A DNA stretch of 49,903 bases from Paraphysomonas bandaiensis (taxonomy: Eukaryota > Protista > Chrysophyceae), in contig CBFFRP010000368.1 in the NCBI GenBank assembly GCA_965644295.1, positions 1 through 49,903 of the forward strand, given 5' to 3'. Below the pieces are notes generated by a model. That model had not been told where the DNA came from. It made no database searches and saw nothing but the letters and a program-made list of their open reading frames with translations. The translations under genes and the position numbers were made by a program. Shown here in pieces: positions 25,225 through 38,470 of the stretch. Each line of letters starts with the position of its first letter. The stretch's first letter is position 1.

Positions 25225-25467
25225 TTATTGTTCCACGTTTAAATATATGTTAAAAATAATACAGGTTAGAATAACCAGTCCGCTGGTTTTACATTGACAT
25301 ATTCACTTAGCCCGAAATAGCAGTTCCTTATAAAGGTCCATTTTATTACATGCACACGCTTTTATTCTTAAATACTACACTCTGGAGAAAATATTATTTA
25401 CGACATTACATTTCTGACATTGTTTCTAAAGTATTCCACCTTCGACAAAATCGGAGTAGTATTCTCT

Positions 25468-28400
25468 CTATTTGCGAGACAGCAACTTCTTTGCCCGATC
25501 AAACTCAACTCGTGATAGCCTCTGACCTCTTGAAGGTCGTCCAGATGACGTCGAATTAGATAATACTTGAGATTTTACTGCACCTGTTGGGGATGGTAGA
25601 TTAGGCCGCGATACGCTAAAGTTCGACTGATCGGGCATTAGAGCACGCGGGGCAGTAGTCTCTGGAGCCTGGGATACATACTTTTGAGATTCATCGTCAT
25701 CAGATGAATTGGAAATTCGGTTAATAGCAGAGCGCTTCAACAGTGTACTCGGCAATGTGGGGGGTTTGCTCTTCGCACCTCTGTGAATAGTATTAGATGG
25801 TCTGGACTCACTTTCACTAGCGCTACTTTCGGGGACACTCCCATAGCGCTCTTTGAATTCCGATGCAATACTATGCGATACATCAATTGCGCGCAGAGAC
25901 CCAGATTTAGACAAACTGGGAGTTATGTCAGCTTTTCCATCGCGAGAATTGAATCGGCGATACACATTATTAGCAGTATCTAAAGGAAGTGCAGGAGAGA
26001 TATCATCGATCTCCAAAGCTGGGCCTTTATCCTCTTCCGCAGCCACACTGGAAGTCGACCTATACAATTTCCTAGTATCTGATGAGCCTCTTGTACTTAG
26101 CACATCAGAATTTTGTCTGGAGAAGAGTTGAGGAGAGCGTTCAAATGTATGAGTTCGTTGATATTCGTGTCCAACGGAGCGGTGAGTTGGAAAATCCTCG
26201 TCCGAGCTATCAGAGCTGGTTTCTTGCTCAGTATACCTGATTGAACCCTTTCTGGATAGAGAGTGATAAGAATATCGCTTGCTGTCTCCTACTCTCTCAG
26301 GAGATGCATTTCGTATACTAGGTTGTGGGTTGCGATGAGATTTTAGTTCGGCATTCATGGAAGTATGATATACGTCAAGGCTGTGAAACACGGCTAGTTC
26401 TTGTCCCATAACATTTATTCGATCTTCCAAAATATTGATTTGAGTTTGTAGCAAGGCGGTCCGCTCCTTTTCTTTCTCCAAATTAAGTTGAAGCTGAATA
26501 TACTCATGTTAGCACACATCAATTTATATAGCATGCATGTCTTGTTTATTTGGAGTGCATGATATGTAAACACATATAACGACAACGAAAAGGTAACCTG
26601 TCCAACAGTCTCCTCCCGACTGGCTCGCTCCTTTTCTGAGTCCTTCCAGTCATCAACCGTCTTTTCCAACTCTCGGCGAAGTTCAACCAATTGCAATTCC
26701 GTCTTACCGCTTTCGTGAAGAGACATATCTCGTCGAAATACCTCCTTCTCTTTGTGTAAACGATCAATCTCAGATAGAAGGCGATCGATCTCCATCAACT
26801 GGTCAGAATTGACTTGTTTTTGCGCTTTCAGTGACTTCGTCAGGGTTGCAATTTCTCTTTGCAGCGTATCCTTTTCTTGACGAAGTTTTTCAATCTCAAG
26901 ATCCAATTTTCTATCGTCGACTCGAGGAGCTTGTTTAGTGGCAGAGCCGTGCAGTTTTTCCAACAATGCAAGACGTTGCTTGTCAGATTCTGCGCGCTTG
27001 GCCTTGAGATCTTCAATATTCGATTGTTGATCGCTTACTAATCGTTTCAATCTAGTTAGTTCATGTTCTGACGACTCTGCCCGCAATTTATAGCTATCTG
27101 ATGCAGCCTATAAAAGTGTGGTTGGGTGTGTTAGATACGGCACCTTACAATTCAAGTAAATATCTATATGGCGTATATGATATATGAGCCTAGACATTTA
27201 ATGGTACAGTTTAAATCGTGTAGCTATACCTCAGAACGAGCAGCCTTAGCTGTAGCTTCTGACAGCTTTCTTTCCGCCCCAAGCTTCTCCAAAGTGACCT
27301 CCCTTAGTCGTGTTTTGATATTTTCGATTTCGTCCGTCAAATAATCTCGCTCCACTTTCAAGCTATGCACTTCACCTTCCGCTACCTTCAAATCTCGCAT
27401 TCGAATATGCATCTCATGTGCTGTGCGTTCATTTCGTTCCTGTGCCTCGGAGACGCTGTTCACAACACTACATATCATAATGGCATTAGTATCGACTTGG
27501 TGTATTTACGTAACTAGCTGGAATCAAAATAAATATATACAACTACTATACTACTATTCACTTCTACCTGTGGCTTTCAATGGCCACTTTTTTGGCTGTT
27601 TCTTTATAGAGCTCCATTTCCTCTTCCAGCTCTTCCATTCTCATTAGCTTGACTTTGGCGTCATTTAATTTCTGAACGGCATCATGATGAGCAGAATTTG
27701 ACTTTTCTAGCTGCTCTCGAAGATCTTCTATGATAGATTCATACACACGTCTGTTCCCCCTCTCTCTTTCCATCGCCGCTGCAGGTGATATCTTATCAAC
27801 CTCGTCATCCAACTCCTTTCTTAATAATTTCTTTCGCATGTCCGCCAACTGTCCGCGAAGTGATTCTACTTCATTAGCGAGGGCCTTTTGTCCCTGTGCA
27901 TCAACAAGTTCGGCTTCCCTTTCCCTTGCTCGTTCTTGCGACACTGCGAGGTCACTCTGCAGCGTTAATATTCGGCTATTAAGATGAACAGCTTCCTCTT
28001 CCTTCTCCTCACAGCGGTGTAGTGCTTCCTCATGTGCTGCTTTCAAAGATGCAATCTGTCTTTCGAGGTGCTCCCTGCTTCGAATAGCATCAGAGGCTTT
28101 ATCGCGAGCTATTTGGGCACTTTCAGCTTCTGCATCAGCACGCCGAGAGAGTTCCTCCTGACAGCGATCAAAGTCATTCACTTCTTTCTTAAGCTTTGCT
28201 ATTTGCGCATTCATTGATGCTATTTCCTGCTTTTGTTTTTGTTCGTTCATAGATTGAATTCTGCAAGAATTAAATATCAGGATACAGCAGAAGAAAATCG
28301 ACACGTGTGAGGAGTGTAATAGCACTGACAATCACGCACATAAAGAATATCTCAGCATTAGTGTAAAGTATTGACTACCGTATAGTTTCCTGCGAATCTC

Positions 28401-29079
28401 TAAACTTAACGGACAGCTCAGCATTCCTTTGTAGCGCGTTTTCCAACTCCAGTCGAACTTCATCACAAGATTCTTTGAGTTCCTCGTAACTATTGGTCAA
28501 AGCCTCGATGCGATCCGTTTGCACTTTCATTTTATCAAGCTCAACATTACTCGAGTCTAGCTCGTGAGACAAGTCTTTAATCTTTCCTGCTTGTATTTCA
28601 CTTTGACTCTTCAATTGTCTAGTCTCATCCTCAAGTTCTTTGATAAATTGTATCTTAGAAGCGAGTTTACAACGAAGTTCTTCTATTACGCTAGAAGTAG
28701 TGGAGTTGGCACTGTGAGCTTCTTCGACATCATTATTAAGACTAGATATAAGCCTTTTTGCGTTCTCTAACTCCTCAGATGTAGAAGCATGCATGTAGCT
28801 CATGTCCCTCAACTCCTGCTGTTTGGATTCAAGAGCACTCTCAAGGTCAGTTACTTTCTGTTCTAAATCAGAATAATTTGCGGAGAGCATGCGGTAGTTC
28901 TCCTGACTGTTGAGCAATTCCTCTTGAGCATCGGATAAATTATGCTTCAGTTTCTCTATTTCAATTTTTAATTTTGCCCGTTCCTGTAAAGCATTAGTAC
29001 ATTTGAGTCGTTCCTGACGAAGCTCTGTGGCCAGCTTCTCCAGGCCTTTGGCCGGCGACTTAAGTGGTGAGTCGGTCAT
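25468..29079 (-). CDS. Long coiled-coil protein of unknown function; exons 29079-28379, 28260-27568, 27467-27230, 27107-26598, 26493-25468
   Basis: Five consecutive E/K/L-rich ORFs joined by GT-AG introns; Ser-rich disordered tail. Confidence 0.85.
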
Positions 29080-29841
29080 GTGTTGATATGGAAGAATGAA
29101 ATTCTTTTAGCAAGTGGCAATTATCTCCACAATATCGCAAATACTAAGTACTATATTGCTCGCGCCACAGTTCATTTCTAAGCAAAGAAGTAGAGTTATA
29201 TACAAACTGTACTCCACTACATCAATGTGTAGATTATACACCTATAACTTTCACTGTCACAATAATATAACGAATAGTCGTAAGCGGAGCCTTGATGCAA
29301 TGGCGTGTTGTACAATTGAGGCACAAGGGTTCAATGAGCTACATCGCAATACTGCTGCTGAATACATACATTATCTCCTACACCCCACCAGACCCAACCA
29401 TACCAACCGATAAACTCAACTGTCACTTCGACATCATACAACATCCTCGCCAGTACCTCAACAATGCACACCAGGTCTACAGAAAGAGGGATTTTTAGTC
29501 TCCAGAGGTCAAAAACTCCGGATTTGATGATTTCTAGCGGCGGAAAAAACTGTAAACAGTTTTTTCTACTGGGTACACACTTGTGCAAGTTTACATACTA
29601 CGAATCGTATTTAGAAAAACTCATGTTGATCCAAGAGTGCTATGTTTTTAAGATTTTAAATATACAAATTCGCATATTGTTGTGGATTTATATGAAATTC
29701 AAGTAGAATTTAGATGTACCAAAAAGGTAGAATTTTATATGTACAGTACCTCTGTACGATCGTACCATACAGCTCTAAAAATCAATAGGTACGTATTACG
29801 TTGTATACAGGATAGATATATACATGATAATGTACATGGTA

Positions 29842-31494
29842 CAGTCAGCTCGCGTTAAGATAGCAGATATATGGTGACGAATCTCGTTTTGATAGCGGAA
29901 TTTTGCTTGGTACGGGCTTTTCTGCAAAAAACCCTATTTTTTTGTAGAAATACATATTTTTTGTTAAAACCCTGATTTTTAAGATTTTAATGTGGAAAAC
30001 CTTATTTTTGGTGATATTTATGATATATCATATACGGGATACATGCAGAGAGTAGTACAACAGACATGAATGCATCATTCATTCCATATACTTACATTAC
30101 TTCATCTGCTGTATGTGGCGATGTCAGAGAAGTGCAGCATTGGTACCAAGCGCAAGAAATCGTTGAGAAGTTACTCCGATGTTGAGAAATGTAATTTTGT
30201 GAAAGAATATATAGAGGGTCATTTCAAATCTTTCAGCCAATTCGTTGCGTACAAGGAGAACATTTTCAGCCGTGCAGCATTCTCTACTTGGATGAAAGCC
30301 TGGAATGATGGTAATCTTAAGTATGAAACTTGCACAGGCCGCAAGAAGCAAAAGAAGGGTTCATTTCCCGAGGTGGAGGAGAAGCTTGTTGAGTACATTA
30401 CCTTTCGCCAGGAAAACTATAAGTCCGATAAATGCGGTTTGAGCTGGTTCTATCTCCAGCAGAAGGCTAAGGACTATGCAAAGGTTTACAAAATTATGAA
30501 GCAAGAAATACGCATGTCTAACTTGTGCTGTATAGATAGTATACGCGGATGATGAAAAAACCCTCAATTCATTTCAAGCTTCATCTGGTTGGTTACACAA
30601 TGTGCTGAAGAGTCGCAACAATTTTGTTCATGTTAATTTGCATGGAGAATGTCGAATCCTTGTGCAACCTAGTGTCAACTTTGTGTATCAAAGTTAAGGA
30701 CCTTCCTGATGTTCCTGATATAGCTTCAGGTATTACTGAGATGAGTACTTATAGTGCTCAACAGCGAGCTAGCGCTATCGAGTTATGGTGTGACATTGAG
30801 AGTGAGCCATTGGTAGTCGAAACTGAAATTGAGGAAGCCAAGGAACGCTTTGAAGCTTTATCTATTTCTCCACCAACAGCTACGGTAGAAGATGACGATG
30901 ATCAAGCTGACACAAATGTTGACAGTACCACAACATCGAAGGTAAGTTTAAATCAGTTCAATGATGCCATGAGTGTTGTATACGACTTCATCGCGCAAAG
31001 AAGTAGTTATGAAAATGCTGCTACCTTGCACTACCAGTTGATTAAGACCGCTTCCGAATTGACTAAAAGTTACTTAGAGGAGCGCGCCAAATCTTCGTCA
31101 CAACCAACAATACAGCAATTTTTCTCCGTGCAAAAATCTAATTCTACACTGTAGTAGCGTTATGTGGAACTCTTGTTAGAGAGCATTAAGTAATAACAAG
31201 GCTTTTTATATTATTATTTATTGGTACTGTGATAATGGAAAGTTTTCCAGCCTTAAGCTCAATAACTTGCCATATTGGAGTGTAGTATACGAAATTTTAA
31301 AGAAAGACTCAGGTTTTAAGTATAAAACCATGGTTTTACTATCTAAAAACCGGTTTTTTTTTAAAAAAAACTAGATTTTTGTACAAACCCCCCATTTTTG
31401 GAAACAAAAACCAAGGTTTTTTATGGTGACGACTTCCGTTTTGATGACGACTTCTGCCATGGTACTTGTCCGTCAGCTTAACGCGAGCTGACTG
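29842..31494 (+). mobile_element. Internally deleted pogo/Tigger DNA transposon
   Basis: Perfect 18-bp TIR CAGTCAGCTCGCGTTAAG with TA on both sides. CENP-B-type HTH (FPEVEEKLVEYI, FQASSGWLHNVLK). C-terminal QPTIQQFF. No DDE domain. Confidence 0.92.
30121..31154 (+). pseudogene. pogo transposase remnant (HTH plus acidic C-terminus)
   Basis: ORFs 30070-30552 and 30624-31154; probable intron ~30484-30538. Confidence 0.8.
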
Positions 31495-32012
31495 TATAGT
31501 GCTGTATAGACAATCGTTAACCACGCCTGCACTCAGGTATCATAATCATATGAAACATACACGCCATATCATATGCTTATCATACAATAACTAGAACTGA
31601 GTTGCACACCTATGCTGTCTTATCTATAAAAGAAATGCTGTGGGTAGTGATAAGACTGCACATATAGGTTACACTTGAGCTCTCTCTGCAACAGACCTGA
31701 CTATATGCCTATATGACTATATGCGTATATGATTATATATGACTATCAATGAAGAGGTGTCTCATTGTATGAATATGACGGTATTCGTGGTGCTCTTCTT
31801 ATGAAGTAGATGCAATAACGGAACCGGCTGTTTGGTACCTTTTTATTTGGGATGGAGAGGGAGGGAAGGCACAACTCCAGGACATGAGCACATAACGCGA
31901 GTAAACCTCGTTGTCGGTACTGGTAGGAATGTCCTGTTTGTTGTTCAATGGACGTGAATGTATATTGTAACGTTGGTCTATCGCTGCCTAGTAGATTATT
32001 ATATGCTGCGTG

Positions 32013-32146
32013 GATAACCTGATAGCTGGTTATAACATAACTATTGCTAAAACAGATTGGTTATTACTCCTTGTGATTTCATTTTCCCTCGATATTAGCC
32101 CATCTGTTTTAGCAATAGTTATGTAATAACCAGCTATCAGGTTATC
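32013..32146. repeat. Hairpin/MITE with 45-bp inverted arms
   Basis: GATAACCTGATAGCTGGTTATAACATAACTATTGCTAAAACAGAT and its reverse complement (1 mismatch). Confidence 0.85.
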
Positions 32147-32669
32147 TTATGCTATATGAGCTCCCTATTGTATATGCATAAATTTGTACATACTATATGT
32201 GCAATGTGCAACATAGATTACTATTATTATTACCATATTCCACTTTAAGCTTTAAGATATATGATATATTATGACTATGACTACTCATGCTTATCATTGA
32301 TATTTATATATCTATTCAAAATACAGAAAGACATGATTATCATATTGAAGCATAATGAAGATAATGATTGATGATATATATATATATATATATATAATTA
32401 ATTATTATATATATATTCATGCTTAAGGCTGGAGAATTCCGGGTTTGATATCCACACTGATAGACGTCTATTGCTAAATTATCAAGTAGTACAGTTGTAC
32501 TTTACGTATTTCTTTCAGTGCTTATGCATTATTGTTATCAACTGTACTAGACTGATATGTTTGGTATTGAATATGAATGGTCATTCCATGGATCACGGAA
32601 TCGTAGGTAGACACATATTGATTATTGATAATAAGATGCAATTTCTTCACTCTGGAAGTTGCTTGTAGA

Positions 32670-32790
32670 TAGTATTGTAACTGTATATGTTTAGATCGTT
32701 TATGATACACTGGATTTTCCGAGAAGTGTTTAGCCCTCTTGCTGTCCATGAAGAATGGAGTTGGCTTCGTTAGCGATAGTTCTAGTTCTT
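32670..32790 (-). pseudogene. Copia RNase H fragment
   Basis: MDSKRAKHFSENPVYHKRSKHIQLQY. Confidence 0.85.
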
Positions 32791-33365
32791 GATTTCATTA
32801 TGCCGATGCGCATTTTACTTCCTACATCCCTTTTATAGGTTGCAATAGAAGCACACAAAGCCATATCCACATCCCCAGGCCATGGGCAGCCGACTTTATT
32901 CATACTTGGACAGCCATATTGGTGCCACCACCGGAGTGCAATCTTGTAATTTTGATAAGCCTGTGCACTTACGGTTACTTTATCTTTTCCCGGATTCATA
33001 TCGTATTGACTGTCGACTTCAACATGATCACTGCTGGTTGCCTCAACTTCACCTTCCGTGATAATTTCGTCACGTCGTTTCCTTTTATTCCCTCGTTTGG
33101 GAAGGCCTTCATCAATTGAGATGGCCGCAAAGAGAAGCTTTGCCACAGCGTCAATAGGAAGCTTCATTACGTAAATGTCTTTTGCTTCTCCAGTGTGCTT
33201 GATAGCTTCACCATCCTCATTAGTCACCAGTGCTTATTTTCTTTATCCTCGTCTTTGTTTAGTATGTTGGTGAGTACTTTACACTTCGAAAGATACTGTT
33301 TTTCGTCTTTGTGACAACGTTTCTTCAGCCCTTGAACAACAAGACTCAGTCAAGCTCGTTCCATT
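32790..33365 (-). pseudogene. N-terminal fragment of a Crypton-like tyrosine recombinase
   Basis: KQYLSKCK..; YQNYKIALRWWH..IATYKRDVGSKMRIGIMK resembles the Y.SAL.W..GYKR.V..K..G region upstream of the CryptonS catalytic domain; contains a stop and a frameshift. Confidence 0.55.
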
Positions 33366-33849
33366 ATATAGCGCGCACAATTGCAGTTAGTTGATGTACA
33401 TTGAATGTCCAGTCAGTATACTATGAGTGTTCTTGTTCTATCACTTCAACAGTTCCAGTAATATGATGGATTTCTATGCTTAAAAAGTGCACTTTTATAC
33501 TAAAAATAAATGTTTTTTAGAGTTTAAGGCTCGTATCACACGAGAAAAAAACCAACACCCAAAAATAAAAACAATGTTCTTATTTGTATGCTTTTTCAGA
33601 AATCCTGTCGAATTTCAGGGTCACACCTGCCGCAAATTACTGAATTTGACAGAGAAATTTCGTTGTTTGGGAGATGGCTAAAAAACGGGTCACACACAAA
33701 GCATAAAAAATTATCATTGTAATTTTTTATGCTTTGGTATCTTTTCAGGGTCACACGAACAAAAACATCAACAGAACATATGGATCAGATATCTATATAT
33801 GCAGGATACTTCATTGATATTGTTAAATAGAACTGTCAACGCAATAAAG

Positions 33850-34824
33850 ATGTCTGAATCGAGCTCACCAGCTGCAAACATTGCTTCGGAAATACAAAAT
33901 GCCCCAGATAGCTACCCTAGGGAGAAGATATCAGGGGAAATAAAGGAGTGGCCTGGCTGCAAACCAGACTGCATGATCAATCGTCTAAGGGTAGTACCCA
34001 GAGATCAGATCGGCACAAATAAGAGAACTTTCTTCAGCACATACCCACAATGGGAAAAAATGGAACCTGATAAAAGGGACAAGTCCCTTTCTTTTTTCAC
34101 AATCTTTCTCCGGTATATATAAATTCAATTACAATGACACCATCATGTCATATATACTGTGAACAGAGTACTCAAGCTGCTTTGCTCCTTCAGGCACAGG
34201 AGGATTAAGGAGTGGTTACTACAAGTACGGTCATTTGTATCGGCAGTATTGAGGGATTTTAATCGTTCTGGAGAGAATAGGGATCTTTCAGAGGCCGAAG
34301 TGGATTGGATGTCAGCGGAAACGCAATCGCGATGGGTGTATCACGCACACAACAAGAGTCGCCGGTATCCCAGTGTTGTTACATACGCATATGGGGTTTT
34401 GGATCAGTCTCAATTAAATACCTTTGGGCGGTCTGCTGGTGAAGGTGGAAGAGACTCATCCGTCTATGGGAACAATACAGGAAGTGTGGAAAAAGCGAAT
34501 GCAGCACGTAAGAAGCGTAACGCTGAGGCAAGGGCCGAGAAGAAAGCTAAAGTCACTAAAACCGGTAAATCAATTGAAGACCCCTTGCAAGGATTGACAG
34601 CTGCCCTAAAGGAACACGGAGAGAGGGAAATGCAACTTGAAATGCTGAAATTCTATGCGCTAAATGCACCGACGCCTGAAGCAAAGCAGGAAGCGTGGTT
34701 CGAGATGAATAAAATGAAAGAAGCATTCAGTAAATCAATCACCGCATCTCCTGCTCTTGCCGATACTAGCACTTTTGATAAACAAGATTCTGATGTAGAG
34801 AATAGTGATGGGGAGGTACAATAG
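33850..34824 (+). CDS. Harbinger accessory protein (exon structure uncertain)
   Basis: ORFs 33799-34122 and 34159-34824 lie inside the TIRs, convergent with the transposase; possible intron from ~34112. Confidence 0.65.
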
Positions 34825-34954
34825 TGATTATTATTATCAAAGCGTTGCTATTCTATCTGTATCAGTCAATGCATATAACTTATGCATTCTGATTCATTGA
34901 ATTAATAATTCATACTAGCGAAATGCTATTAATCATTAATAATATGACTATTCC

Positions 34955-36285
34955 TTAGGAACGACTATTTGCTATTGCGTGTGGAGGTCTTAATCGTCCT
35001 TCTCGCTCAATTTTTTTTGTAATATTTGTTCTTCTGTCTCCGGTTGCTCTTCGTCTTAGAATACCATCCCATTGTTCGTCGTTGTTACTAATCACGGCAC
35101 ATAAATCACCTTTAAGAACATCATCACTATATCTGCGACTCGGTATTTGCACTCCTCTGTCAAGGCAAAAATTATGAAGCTTGCAGCATACATTTATTAC
35201 AAGAGGCCATCTCTCATATGCAAAACGTAACTTTCTCCAGAATATACCCCACCGTTGAACGAGCATTCCGAATGCTCGTTCAATAGCTTGCCTTGAGTGA
35301 GATAACCAGAAATTGAACGCGTCTTTCCAAATTCCAATACCACGACCAGGGTAAGGAGTTAGAAACTGTTGAGTATTGGAGAAGGCTTCGTCTCCAATAA
35401 AGAAGAATCTGTCATCTAATTCTCCTTTTGATACTTTATCAGCGAGGTTGGAATTATTCCAGCTTTCACTGTCATGGGTACTGCCCGAGTCATTGGCAGT
35501 CACACTCCAAAAACGCCCATTAACGTCACATCCAGCCATAACAACAACAGCAAAACCTCCTTTCCTTGTACGCCAGCTCTTAACGTACTTCACCTCTCCT
35601 CTGTGCGGTGCTCTAGTACGAATAACGAGACCATCAAAAGCCAATACACAACCACTCATTAAGCCTCCAGAATGCTGTGCGAATCCATCTGATAATCTGC
35701 GCATTTTAAGTATGAAGTCATGATTTATACATTAGCATTAGCATTAGCACTTGTTACTTACGATTGTAATAGTTCCTTGTTTTCTAATGGAATCCCCATC
35801 TCCAGAAGATGATCTAATGCCTCTATTGTTGGCCATAGTACACCGCGTTCACTAAAGAAGGCAGCTTTGCTCACCCCCCATGCAAAACGTATGTCAATAT
35901 AGGAGCCACCACTTAGCCACCGCAGGCATATAGCAAGCCTGGTGCGTGTAGATATAGGGCTTCCGCTACTAATAGTGGCGTACTTGTCATCTCTCTTTAT
36001 TAAGGGGTCTAATAATTCTACAAGCTCATCAAAAGACTGTCTGTCCAACCGAAACATGCGCTTGAAGAGTTCTGGCTTCATATCATCCATTTCACGCAAC
36101 GCAAAGCCTCGATCACGATGACTATTTCGAGGTTTCACTCTACGACGGGCTAAACGCCCACATTCGTGCCGTAAATTTCTTTCAAAATTTCTCTTCACAT
36201 AAGACACACTTGCAATAAGAGCACGCCTCCAACTCTTATTCTTCACTTTATAAATTCGTTGGATAAGCTCTCTATATATGGCCAT
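34955..36285 (-). CDS. Harbinger DDE transposase; exons 36285-35762 and 35696-34955
   Basis: FKRMFRL, RLAICLRWLSGGSY, LAFDG, GSTHDSESW, IGDEAF, SRQAIERAFGML..RW, KLHNF; a 65-bp GT-AG intron restores the frame. Confidence 0.95.
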
Positions 36286-36869
36286 TATTGCATTAAAGTA
36301 CTGTGGTTACTATCATATATCCAGATAGCATTGTTCGAATTCAAAATAACATGCTACATATACAGTAGTATACAACGTATATCATACCCTCGAAAATTTA
36401 TTTTGAAGAAGCAGCAAAAGCAAAATGATGCTTCTTCAGAGCTCAAAACATGCTCCGCAATCACATTTCTCATGAAAATTTTTTATGTGTTGGTGAAATT
36501 TGACCCGTGTGACCCTGAAATTCGACACGATTTCTGAAAAAACATAAAAATGAAAACATTGTTTTTATTTTTGGGTGTTGGTTTTTTTCTCGTGTGATAC
36601 GAGCCTAAGGCTGTGTAATTTATTTTTCATACTTCTACTAATTTCACACCATTCAAAACGATATATAGATATATGATTGGATAGATTTTTTTTCTTGTGC
36701 TGAGAATGTGCCTCGACGACAGCCACAATTTAGGAATTCCTACAAGTTTGGCGATTTTCCACACGGTGAATGGTGACATGTCGTCAACAAAACACATCAT
36801 CATCATATCATCATTCTAGAGAAACTGCTCTGAAAATCAATCCTCTAAACTTCAAGTATATAATTTAGA

Positions 36870-38470
36870 ATGGCTAATTTCGCTCAAAACGCTCAAATGC
36901 AAGCCGCAATGCAGCAGGCTGCTATGCAACAGGGTGGTGCAAACCCTTATGCTGCTGCGGGGGCTCAAGGAATGCCTGCTGGACAGGCTGGCGTAAACCC
37001 CTACATGGGAGCTCAAGCTCAAGGAATGCCTGCGGGGCAGCCAGCTTCTGCTGTACCAGTACAGCAACCTGTGCCCGCTCCTGCTAGTGGAGAGTCGTTT
37101 CCTCAGTGTTCTACAGTTGGCACCGGTAAAACATTATAACTCTACATTATTCATCTATTTGACGTGTTGATTAGTTATTTCTGTCTCTTTTTCGGACGGG
37201 ACGATGTTGGGATATGATAAAATGAGAAGAAGTATGATAGCTACAGGATATGTAAGTTAGCACTTTGAAGTAATGGGTAAGGTAGTCATTCGGTTCTCTT
37301 CAGGCAATGGGATCTCTGTCAACAACAACTATTCGTCAAGTACCAGCCCGTCCCAATCCTCCTGGCAGTACCTCCAGCAGTGGTGGATCCAAGTAAGAAT
37401 ATATTATATTGCAGTCAATTCTTCGACTTACTTTGTGGCAGGGCTGTGGTAGAGGAGCCACCTGCTGAACCTATGCGAAAGGAAGGCAACATGACCAAGC
37501 TGGGATTCAAGAAAGGAGTCATGGGCATGGAATCCTGGCAGGAGCGCTACTTCGTGTTGGATGCACAATCACTTACTTATTCGAAGGGACCAGGGGCACC
37601 TGATATTAAGCGCATTCCTCTTTCCAAAGTACTGAATATATACTGCCCTTATGAAACGTTATCGTGTTGTGTAGGGTATGTCTGTGAACGTTCGTCATGC
37701 CTCCAGTCCTGCTAAGAAGGATCGCTTTGAAAACCCACACAGCGCTGTCTCGTAAGTCGATGGACACATAATGTGGTTGTGAACACTTATATGTTACGCA
37801 GAATGCTGACTCAGCCTATGTCGTCGGTGTTGGAGACTACCATGGGCGTTGTTGGTAAGGACAACTGTGTTGAACTCTCAGTTCCTGCGCAGGTGTGTAT
37901 TATGTGGTGTTAGTGTTGTGTAGACATGTTTGATATAACTACTGATGACATGTTAGCTCGGCTCAATGCTTGGGTCAGTTCTGGGCTCGAGTCCGCTTGC
38001 TTTGGCTGGTAAGTCGAAGGAAATATCGGACACCAAGGCGAGAACGTACTACATGAGTTGCGCTTCTGCTACTGAAGCAGAGGAGTGGCGCCGAGCCATT
38101 CAGAACAATATTGATGTAAGCCATGTCTGCGGATTGTATATAATATTATATTTGTAATACCTTGTGTAGGCTCTCCCCAAAGAAGCTCCAGGCGGTGCAG
38201 CAGGTGGACAAACACTTCCTAATGGAATAAACCTAGGCCAAGTCGACTCTATGTTGAATTACGCAAGTATGTGACTAGTAAGAGTTTTTAATAGCAGCTA
38301 ATACTGATTACGTAGCACAAATGCAAAACGCACAGGAGAAAGCTCGTGACCCCAATACTTCCCTGGAGTTCTTTAAGTTAACCCTCGCAGGTACAATTTC
38401 CACTGATGAACTTTATCAAGGGGTGTCCATGTTCTACGATGAGATGGACAGAAATCGGGTCGTGTATTAG
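36870..38470 (+). CDS. PH-domain protein with Q/A/G/P-rich N-terminus and many short introns
   Basis: RKEGNMTKLG..SWQERYFVLDAQSLTYSK..IPL; RTYYMSCASATEAEEWRRAIQ; ends DEMDRNRVVY*. Confidence 0.85.

Larger units (their letters stand above)
33528..36605 (-). mobile_element. Structurally complete PIF/Harbinger transposon (3078 bp)
   Basis: ~100-bp TIRs beginning GGCTCGTATCACACGAG, TAA target duplication on both sides, two convergent genes. Confidence 0.96.

Noticed and set aside
29114-29710. Possible transposase remnant or element end upstream of the coiled-coil gene
   Set aside because: No motif or TIR partner that I can support.
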